A stretch of DNA of 60,118 bases, filler included, from Hausera hauseri (lineage: Eukaryota), in the NCBI GenBank assembly GCA_046269625.1. It is 9 parts of 9 records of this genome, joined end to end, with 100 filler letters (N's around TTAATTAATTAA, not from the genome) between each part and the next. Parts side by side here need not be neighbours in the genome. Positions count along the whole stretch, not along the records: positions 1 to 6,639 come from JBJURY010079547.1; positions 6,740 to 17,866 come from JBJURY010122206.1; 7 more parts are not named here. One strand, given 5' to 3'. Position 1 is the first letter of the stretch; every line of letters begins with the position of its first letter. The notes beneath the pieces are model-generated. The model was not told the DNA's origin. It did no database searches and saw only the letters and a list, made by a program, of their open reading frames with translations. Shown here one piece after another: positions 1 to 10,045 of the stretch. The position numbers were made by a program, and so were the translations under genes.

Positions 1-1410
1 CCATGTAGGCGATGCAATATGTCTGTTACCAACGGTGTTGGGTATGAATTGTGGATGGTGACGTTATTCAACATTCTGTAGTCACCAAAAGGCCGGTATG
101 ATTCGTCCTTTTTGAGAACCATGTGCAATGGTGATGCCCATGGTGATGTAAACTGGAGTATGATGCCTGCTTTTTCGACGTGTAGGAATTCGTCTTCCGC
201 AGCTGCTCTCTTGACAAGGTCATGCTTCCACCGGGGTTGCCTAATCAGTCGATCACATGATGTGACGAGGAAGTGTGATGTTTTCACCTCTTTCTGTGTT
301 GGTTATGTTGAGTGTTTCAACAAGTTAGGGTATTGCGCTTGCAGCAATGGTGCAATGTCAATGGGATTTGCAATTTTTATGCCCGTTACCGCGTGTATGC
401 TTAGCGTGAATGCGGGTGGACGTAATGGATTGGCCCGCTAGTGAGTTGTTGATTTCGGCAATCAACTGTGAGATCGTAGTGATCTAAGAACTCAGAACTA
501 AGGCTTGGTTGCATGATATCGGCCAGTATGAATGACCAAGCGTATGGTCGCCCTTGTAGATAAAATTGTAGGTACAGTGTACCTTGGTTGCTATGCGCGT
601 GCCATTGGCAGTTTTGCGCGACGCATGCGAGACCAGCGTATGTCTAGCGTATGCGCTAGGTATCAGCGATAAAGCCGCACCAGTATCGATTAAAAAATCA
701 AGTTGCTTCGAGATGTAAGAGAGTAGTGGTTCCACCTTGAGAGTGAAAATAGCATCGCCAATGCGTTCGCTATTTGTATATGGCAGTTGTGGTGGTTGGA
801 TTTCCAGTCGACGTGCCGTTGGTCGTCAGGGACCATTTAGTTTTTTGATGGCTTGTAAAATTTGCAGCTGGGTCGACAGATTTTTGCCCCTGGACCGAAA
901 TTATTGTGTTAAATGCAAATGTCTTGCATTTTAATATTTGCGGATGGCTTGTCGAATTGACAACCATGATGACATTTGTAGGCAGATTCGCCAAATCGTG
1001 TGAGTAAATGGCAAATTTTGAAAAATTTTCCTTTCTTTCTCTTGGGGGATTGACGCCGAGATGACGGTTTGTCCCTGGCTGGTAGATTCTTGTGCGTTAC
1101 CAGTACCTGCAGTGCGGCAATAATTGTGTCCAGCTGACTTTGCTGCGTCGCTGTTACGTAGTTGATTTTTTCCGTTGGTGCGGATTGTACGGTTCCTTTA
1201 GTGCACTCATATATTTTGTCGGCTTTTGATGCCATATCGTCCAATGTGGTGTCGGACGGTAATAGCACAAGTGCCACTAGAATTTGGTTTGACAAACTAC
1301 TCAGGAAGTAGCGCCGTAGTATGTGCTGGTTGTTCTGGAAATCCAACTCAGCATTACTCAGATCTGAGCGTAACTTTTGAAGCAGAGCAGATGGTTTCAT
1401 ATTCACTATC
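1..1410 (-). mobile_element. Degenerate CsRn1-like Ty3/Gypsy fragment (gag C-terminal half, protease, start of RT)
   Basis: 909-1406 Gag (KPSALL...ILRRYFLSSL, CHLLTRFGESAYKCHHGC) resembles the Gags at 9.0, 42.7 and 57.2 kb. 484-735 protease FLIDTGAALSLIP. 1-200 RT start (SPWASPLHMVLKKDESYRPFGDYRMLN). Slippery AAAAAAC at 840-846. Confidence 0.85.
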
Positions 1411-1414
1411 TGTC

Positions 1415-4400
1415 GCTACAACTTCTTCCTTTCCATTTTTGTTAATATAGTGTAGTTGGCGTAACTTTGGTTACTTCGTACTGTCCTCTGCCTGTACGGG
1501 TCAGTTTTAATGAGTTGCCTTTTTTGGATACTGGATAATGCACGTAAACCCAATTTTATTGTTCTAAGTCATGCGGTTTCGCTTCCTTGTCACTGTTTTT
1601 TAACTGCTCCTGGTACTCTTGAGATAATTCCTTGACGATCTCCCAACACTTTCGCAATCGCGTTTCTAACACTTTTGCAAAATTTTGTTCTAAATCTTCG
1701 GGACTGACTGAGTGTGGCGTCATTCCTAGGTCCGTGGGCAACACGGATTCACGTCCATACATAATAAAGAATGGCGTAAATCCCGTAGCTGTATGTGGTG
1801 TGGTATTAATTGCAAATTGAGTTCCTTCTAAAAATTCGTCCCAGTCTTTTTGGTCCTTAGCCACTTCTGTCGACAGTATACGTATGACAGTAGCATTTAT
1901 CCGTTTGACCATTCCATTATACTGAGGATGATTTGCAGTAGTCGTTAGTCGTTCGATTTCAAATATATTGGTGATTTTCTCAATTAATTCACTTGGAAAA
2001 TTTCTTCCTCGATCTGTGAGTATCTGGTCTAGGACCCGTATCGGAAAATAATTCTTCTCACTACTATTTCTGCTAAAGTATCGGCCTTTTGATCGATTAA
2101 TGTTATCAACTCGACGAAATCAATAGACGTCAAAATATATTTATTGTTCTTGTGAGTCGTAGGAAGAGGTTCTATGATATCCATTGACATGGCTTGCATG
2201 GGCCTATCGGGTACATCAATTGGTTTTAACTCGGCCATGTAATTTTTCGTCTTATTTTGCTTAGTTGCGCATACTTCACAAGCATTTACTCAATTTTTCA
2301 CATCAATATAGATACGCGGCCAAAAGTATTTATTCATTATTCTTTCTAGTGTTTTCTTCTAGGACATATGTCCGGCTAAGTACGAGTCATGTTCTGACAT
2401 CAGCACTTCGGTTTGTAAGCCTTTTGAAATAACTATCAATTTCCTTCCTTTTCGCTCGTACTATAAAATATCTTCATCGCTCTTGTCGTTTAAAACGCAA
2501 TATTTATGTCCGTATTTGTGTAAATGTTTCTTTAGCTGTCGTCCTCTTGGTATGACATCCTTCTTAGCAAATTCTATAATCTGCTGGATGACCTTATCCT
2601 TTCTTTGTTCTGTTGAAATTTTAATGGCATTATCTGTCGCTAAAGCGCGTTGGCGGTCTATTATTTCTTCAAGATGACTCTTCCTCATTACAGTGATTGC
2701 GTTTGTTTTCGTCTTTAATCTCGATAGTGCATCTGCGTCTACATGTCTGTTTCCCGGCTTATATTGGAATTCAATATTATATCTCGATATTTCTTCGATC
2801 CATATATTGACTCTACATGTCGGGTTATTTGCTCGGCCTTTCAAGGTCGTAACGGCCTTGTGATCAGTGACGATTATGATTTTCTGCCCGTATACGTAAA
2901 AGTTGAAGTGGCGAAGTGCCTCTTTTACATCTAGAGTTTCCAATTCGGTAACAGAATAGTTTTTCTCGGCCTTCTTCAAGGAACGTTCTCCATAAGCAAT
3001 CGGGTGCTCTAATTCTTCATCTTCTCTTTTCTGTGCTAGTTCATAACCAATGCCTGCTTTACTGGCATCTGTCTTGATTATAAAAGGTAAGTTAAAATCT
3101 GGATACCGTAAAACGGGTTCGATTGTTAATATCTTTTTCATCTCATCAAAAGCTTTCTGTTCGACGTCCGTCCATTTCCATTTAATTCCTTTTTTAAGTA
3201 GACAGTATAAAGGTGCGTTTATCTTCGAATTATCCAGCACAGGTTGCGTAGTAACCGCATAACCCTAGCCAGTGCCTTAATTCTTTTTGGTTTTGTGGTT
3301 CCATGCAATCTGATATTTTATTTAATAACGATTTATCTGGTTTCGGTCCTCCTTCTCCAGCTATGTGGCCAAGGTAGGACACAGCATTCTGAGCCCATTT
3401 GCATTTTTTGGATTTAACTTTAATCCGGCTTGTTCCAGTCTCATCAGTGTGTGTCCCTTAAGTGTTCCTTTTCGGTCCTTGATGCTATCATTACGTCATC
3501 TAAGTACGCAAAATCATGATCCAATCCCATTTGCATTTTGTTCATCATTCTTGTAAATATGGCTGGTCCGGTAGTAATACCGAACGGCATGACGTTAAAT
3601 TTGTAAACATCATCGTGTGTTTTGTATGCTATCTTATAACGATCTTCATCTTCAATCTCTCCTTGCCAGTGTCCGGATTGAAATTCCAGAGTGGTAAACC
3701 ATTTGGCTCCTGAGAGTATGTCTAAAGCATCTTTTACTGACGGTAATGGAAAGGAATCTTTCATCATAAGGTTATTTAATGCTCTGTAGTCAATACAAAA
3801 TCGATGTTTTGTGGTCCCTTTCTTCTTAACCATGAGAATTGGTGAATACCAAGATCTATAGCTTGGCCTAATTATATCGGCCCTAAGCATTCGTTCGACT
3901 TCCTTCGTTATTTTGGGTCTCAGTGAATGTAGTGGGGCATACCATTTCGGCATCTTCTGGTCTTTTAAATCTATTTTCTCGTTCGATTCTGGCTTTTTCT
4001 TGAGTGGAATAGTTAGTTTTAATGCTTTCGCTCTACCGATATCTTATTCGTCCTTAGCAATACTCAATTTATATCGGCATAATAATTCGCAGAATCGAAA
4101 ATAATACTCAGGTGAAAACATAGTTTCGAAATGAGGTGAAAATTCGACATACTTGTAAGGCTTTTCTTCGATAGTTATTGACGATACTCTATACGTGTCT
4201 CCTAAAGTAGTATAAGCATGGAGCTTGACAGGAGTTTGCGCGTTTTCAGCTATTCTGATTGGTACTCGACCGGAGTGTACTCTTGTTAATACATTGCTGA
4301 GTAATATATTCGAATCTAACGTATCTCTTGGTTCAAAATATACTGGTTGATCGTCATCTTGCTGTATCTGGGCACAAATTATCATTTCTGTTCTTGGTGG

Positions 4401-4973
4401 AATGTCTTCATCTACGGGTATCCATACCTCTCCGAGTTTTCTATCCTTAGCGTTTTTCACACCTTTATTTGGCCTGATTTTTATTAGCTTCTCTGTTTGT
4501 AAATCAATTGTTATATTTGACAGTCTCTTCAGTAGATCACATCCTAAAACTACGTCATCAGTTAATTGTTCCATAACTGCAAACTCATGATGGAAAAATT
4601 TTCCAGCTATTTGAACTTCTGAGTTCCATTTAAATATTGGTTTTGATATTTGGCCAAAAGCTCCTGTACTTCCTGGATCCTTCGTAAAAGGCGGGTATAA
4701 TTGACCTCTCAGTGTTTGATGTATTGAATCATTTTTGATGTAAGACATCTCAGATCCTGTATCGATTAAGACATAAACTTCCCAATCTTCGATAGTGATT
4801 TTGGCGAAAGGTCTTCCTTCTATCGCTGTCCCGAAACAGTTTGGTGTATCCTTTGAGCGTTTCAGTGCCGATATTTTATGTCCATTGATTCGGGTTTCGG
4901 GTGAGGATACTATATTCTCCGATAGGTGTCTTAATTCTTCGTTTGGATATAATTCGTTATTTTCTATGTGCAA
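1415..4973 (-). mobile_element. pol: Degenerate Ty3/Gypsy pol (PR-RT-RNaseH-IN), lineage A
   Basis: Protease VLIDTGSEMSYI (4044-4973). RT RFCIDYRALN, VMPFG, AYLDD (3444-3953). RNase H KTDASKAGIG, VTDHKA, DADALSR (2461-3240). Integrase HHCC remnant, MSMDII, TTPHTATGFTPFFIMYGR and a GPY/F-like tail (about 1415-2400). Interrupted by stops and frameshifts. Confidence 0.93.
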
Positions 4974-4996
4974 CTCTTCCGCTTCGTGTGTACTAA

Positions 4997-6639
4997 TTAA
5001 TGGTTCTCGATTGTTAGTGTGTAATTATTCTGGAAGATTTTTAACCTTAAATTGTCCCAAACCGTTGATCTAGTTTCTATGTTCCGAGGTTCTCTCGGAG
5101 AATACAACATCTTTGGACCATCTGTGTATTGTCGGTAACACATTTTCCGTAGGATCCCGTAACGTTTCGTTCCTTCATAAGGATCTTTTACATTAATTGT
5201 TCTTTTATAGATTTCCGTCTGATATGAACTGATTGATCGTTTGTCACAGTCTTCATAAGTTGGAGCGGTGGAAGGTAACATAGGTAGTGGTGCTTTAATA
5301 ACAGAATACGCCTTATATTTATTTATTCCTGAAAGTACTTCTTCTCCCTTAGTCTCGTCATCATATGAATCGCTTCTTCGTGTCTTATGCTTTATAAACT
5401 TCCGCCTTCGCAAAAACATAGGTCTCCTTCTATCTTTACGGTTGTGATATCCGACGTGACGTTCTACGCCTGATATCCGTCTGTTTTCGTCGTATGCATT
5501 TAAGAATTTTCCAAAGGGTGTCATGATCGCAGTTAAAATCATGCAAGAAAATCCAGTTAACGTAAATATTTCATTCCCATTAATTACGGCTTGGATAACG
5601 GCCTTGATCATTTGTATCAGAACATATATAGCTAAGAATCCGGATGTGGTTTGTCCGAAAATTAAAAATCTTTCCCAAATTTTGTAGAGTATTTCTGTGG
5701 TTACTCGCTGATAATGATTTACGCCAAGTAGAGATTCCCATTTAGCCTGGTATAGTGTATCATCTACTACAGAAGCTATGGCTCGGTTTAATTAATGTGT
5801 TCGCTGTCTCGGAAAAGCGAGAAATTGTCTAAAAGCCTCAATTTCCTTCGGCCTGTATATACCTTTCGATGAAATATCTTGAAATTTATCGTCTGTAATT
5901 CCTTTTGCGAGATTTGTTCCTGTCAATTTATTTGGAACGGCAATAATACCTCCATTTGGCAAATTAATCCAGTCTGTTTCACTTTGTCTAAACATGGGTT
6001 CTCCTAGGCTTGCCTTACAATTCTTAAGGATAGACGGTTGGGTAGCGTTATGCAGTAATATTCTTGTTGGCGGTGTAGCTAATCTCGGAATATTTTGGTA
6101 AATAACGGGAAGTTCCTGAATGCAACGTTTTTCTTCCACGTTGATGGGTACATCTCTCTTTTCGCATTCATAGGTTAGCAATACTTCGCCCGTTACCCGA
6201 CCGAAAATTCCTTCTCTCATTGGAATTATTGGAAAAGCCAATTCTGGGTTTGCATATATCAGAGCCATTTTAGTTCTCATGATTTCAGTATCCAATTTGC
6301 AGTCATTCATTATCATCTTGTGATATAATTCCGTTATTCCAATTTGTACTTTATAGTAGAAGTAATCATCCTTACTTTTCAAGTAATCTTCGATACGTAC
6401 ATTTTGTGTTTCTAGATTATACGTTTTTGCACTTATTTACGTTTCTGCTACGAAAAACGCCTCACAGTTTGTAGCAAACATCACTACATCACAGCGAGAA
6501 ATCATCTCTTTTTTAATAAATTTCAATCCATGAAGATCCAAAATTAATATAGTAGGTGTAGAGTGTTTAGATACATCCTCGCGTGTCCTCGAATTGGTCT
6601 TTGATTTGTCCACATATCGCTTCCCTGTAGTCTCATTAA
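4997..6639 (-). pseudogene. Chuvirus-like (class III, gB-type) envelope glycoprotein, C-terminal part, truncated at contig end
   Basis: One frame with two internal TAA stops links 6639 to ORFs 5792-6382 and 4997-5611. Motifs NVRIEDYLKSKDDYFYY, NP...GIFGRVTGEVLLTYEC, CIQELPVIY, PPTRILL, KGIY, then KIWERFLIFGQTTSGFLAIYVLIQMIKAVIQAVING and a second hydrophobic stretch. Order and spacing match chuviral glycoproteins as I recall them. Confidence 0.75.
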
Positions 6640-6739
6640 NNNNNNNNNNNNNNNNNNNNNNNNNNNNNNNNNNNNNNNNNNNNTTAATTAATTAANNNNN
6701 NNNNNNNNNNNNNNNNNNNNNNNNNNNNNNNNNNNNNNN
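6640..6739. other. Artificial contig linker N44-TTAATTAATTAA-N44
   Basis: Identical 100-nt spacer with stops in all frames. It also occurs at 17867-17966, 22968-23067, 30043-30142, 34787-34886, 39236-39335, 45038-45137 and 52605-52704. Confidence 0.98.
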
Positions 6740-7489
6740 TGCGATTTCACCATCAATATTCGTGTAAATGGCTTCGAGAAAATAATTCACCTTGATCGCA
6801 TTTAACTCCTGTACTGAGTCCTCCAGAATACCAGCGATTTCGGGTTTGTGATTTCCCATAAACTGGTTAATATTCCTGGTTTTTGCAGCGTGTTGTTGCG
6901 GTTTAATTGTATATTCGCGTACTCTTTGACTAAAGGCATTTCTGTTTGCTACTCTTTTCCGTGGTGCTTTTTCGTGGTTGAGTTTAGTTGATCCTTCTCC
7001 CTTGCTTTTTTGAAACTTTGTTGTGTCATTTGATGTTGAAGGGATTGGTAGTGTTTCTGCTGCTGTTGTTGCATTGGTCATCATCATGTTGATTGATTCG
7101 TTTAAAATTTCGCGTTTTCTTCTCGACTGAAATTGACCTAGGTGTGGTCCATATTTATGTAGAAATTCCCCGTATGTTGTTCTTTCGGACGTTTGGCGTT
7201 GGGAACAGACATAATATTGGTTTCCGTAATGTTTAATGCCATAGTACTACTGTCCGCTTGGCATGAGTTTGAACGACTGACATAATGATGACCATGATGC
7301 ATTTGGTGTGGATGATATTTGATCTAGTTTATTTGATGATGATATTTGCACTAATATTTCCCTTTTGCTTATATCTTGAAATTGATTGATATGTTCCTTA
7401 TTTTGGGCATAAAACTCCATGTATGGTATGTCGTTTAGAGATCGACATACTGGACATATATATCCTTTATTTGATTGATATTTTCCCAT
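6740..7489 (-). pseudogene. Possible N-terminal fragment of a Polinton/adintovirus-type DNA polymerase B ORF
   Basis: Cys pair (CPVC), then NAFSQRVREYTI...INQFM....EIAGILEDSVQELNAIKVNYFLEAIY, a pattern seen at the N-terminus of invertebrate Polinton-type PolB ORFs. The catalytic region would lie beyond the contig end. Confidence 0.4.
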
Positions 7490-8750
7490 TTTTGATGATA
7501 CATCTTTAGATCATCATGTTGCGTATTACTGCAATATTTGGTATACGTTTCACACTAAAAATTCTTTTTACATTTATCAAATGGAGAAATTAATCTTACT
7601 TTGAAAATTGTAAAACGTCTTAGCTACTGTATAATAATAATAATTGATTTTGTTTCCTTATTATATATGTATTTAACACACACATTTTATGGCCTTATAT
7701 TACCTTTTAATTAATCTTTAATGCGTGTGTAGGATAAAAATCGATGTACTTTAAAAGACATCCATAAAACTTAAAAAATAATCGATATTTTTCGAAGGTA
7801 TTTGTCTAAAACAGCATAAAAGTTCATGTGTTCAAAGTTCACATGTACATCGAAAATTCGTTTTCCTCTTCTGTACGTTGATGGAAATGCATAAAAACTT
7901 TCCGACGCACATTATCCTACGCAGCAAAAGATGACCGATCGATCGAACCCGGTCACAATGAATTTCGATGAAAAAGTATTTCGGTTTCCAAAGGGTATAC
8001 CTTTGACAATTTTCGATGTTTTCCATCGTTGTTCCGTTCGGGAATGGGTTATTTCTATTCGGATACCATTATCGGATAGCCCACGTCTTGGGCTTTCATT
8101 TACTGTGCTACTCGACGCAGGCCATCTTCATCAGTGCACACACACGGGTATCTGTAACGTCATCGGTGCATCGTGCACCCGTCTTTCCGGTGCCGTTTGG
8201 CTATTCACAGGCCCACTGTTTTGGGACCATCAACCGTTGGTCGCCAACGTTTCCCACTTCCCCACAAACCATATGCGGGTTCTGGATCACTTTTTTGCCT
8301 GAACTGCTTTCTTCCACCAAGCATCCATTCGACTTCATTCCTTTGCCATTTGATGCGTCTTCCGTGCTCCATCATTCCTATGCGCCACACATTACCGTGC
8401 ACCACTTCCTTCTAACATCCATATTTTTGTGCATTTCTCCTGCTTCCGTGGTGCACCGTGCACCGGTGCACGTGTGTTTTTTTTGGAATCTCCATGCCGG
8501 AATCTGCCTGGCCGGTGCGAGTGTGCGCATCAAGCACGCTTCGTATTGGATGCAGGGGGACGGAGAAGGGGGCCGGAATGGGTGATCCAGAACCCGAATT
8601 TTTATACTACTGTTGTCGTGTGGCGGTCTGGACTCGTTCTGTGACTAGTTCTGCGACCCGAGGGTCGCCTCGCCGGGGGTCTTGGCGCTCCCGCGCCTGT
8701 TGCGGCGCATTATACTCCCAACATATTGAACGATCATTTAACCATTTTCA

Positions 8751-8960
8751 TCGTTTTTAAATAAACATATTCATACACACACCGGAAATTACAAAACATT
8801 AGGGCAACATATATACACCTCAATATGCAACGACGTCCATCTGTCTGGCTTTTCTCTATTTCTGAATGGACTCATTATTCATCCCGACGATCTGCTATGC
8901 TCTTTTAAATCACATTCTTCATCTCTCTATCTCAATCTAATTCCTAAACTTCGTGGTGGC
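8751..8960 (+). CDS. Ubiquitin-like domain ending KLRGG, in frame with Gag
   Basis: Stop-free frame: NKHIHTHTGNYKTLGQHIYTSICNDVHLSGFSLFLNGLIIHPDDLLCSFKSHSSSLYLNLIPKLRGG|SDP, continuing into Gag. It is not in the ORF track because there is no upstream start codon in frame. Confidence 0.7.
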
Positions 8961-9997
8961 TCTGACCCCAATTTTGAGGAGATAAAAAAATCCCCAAACA
9001 TAACATTTGTTTCTCCAACTCCATCTTCTTTCTGGCATTTTCAGTGTGTAGACTTTTTCTTTGATAATCAAAACTCTTGCAGAAAATGGGTAGATTTCCA
9101 TGCAAAGTGGCTAGCCTCACATAAAATCACTGATTCGTTTCAAAAGGCCAACGGTCTACTTCTCCATCTGCCACCCAATATAAAATCCGGCATAACTAAT
9201 CTTTCTGACATCTTTAGTCATTTTGACCCATACAAATTACTACTTGACACCATAACCACATCATCCGAGCCTTCATTAGACTCAATATTACAAAAATACT
9301 TCAACGAAAACGCTCTTGACCAGCAAAAGCCCTCAGAATTTCTTCGCATCTCACTTTCTCAATTAAACTCACTAGAAGTAAACCAACAAGATAACGCGGA
9401 TCTTCTTCGACGTTATTTCTTATCATCCTTGCCAATCTAAATCCGCGCACTCCTTACTTTTGTGGAGAATTCTACGTCATTCGACAAACTGGCACAACTT
9501 GCGGACAAATGTTACGAAACTTTTCATAACAATAATGCACATAAACCGATTTCAGCTCTGCAAGTAATGCAATCACCAACAATAGTTGCACATCTACAAT
9601 AAGCAAACTCATCAAACAACGAGAACAGTATAGTCTATCAAATTCAAAATCTGCAAGCCGAAAATGCGGCAATACATTAAGCTATATCGGCCATCTCTAG
9701 CAAAATGGACGCTTTGTCTCTACCGTGTCGCGCTCGGTTTAGCGCAGATCGAAGCAGACAGTCGTCTGCAAACTCTAGACACGGCCAGTCACCTTCGAGA
9801 CAAATGGTGTGCTATTATTACACCAAGTTCAATCGAAATGCCAAAAAATGCTGTATAGGCTGCAGATTCTATACGCAGTGTTTCCAATCATACGATGCGG
9901 TCTGCATCTTTCACAGCAAGTTTAAAGACAGTGCAGAACGCTGCTTACCTAGGTGTAAGTTTTACACACAGAAAACTTCAACATTTTCATATATTCT

Positions 9998-10045
9998 AAA
10001 AAACGCCTAAAGCCGCCAGAAATTACGGCAAATTCTGGCAAAGGC
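9998..10045 (+). promoter_or_regulatory. -1 ribosomal frameshift signal at the gag/pol junction
   Basis: A_AAA_AAC at 9998-10004, then GCCGCCAGAAATT...AATTCTGGC stem. The same layout occurs at 43727 (+) and 57019-57025 (-). Confidence 0.75.

Noticed and set aside
6684-6695. Recurrent TTAATTAATTAA palindrome
   Set aside because: Artificial all-frame-stop linker between contigs. Adjacency across these linkers has no biological meaning.
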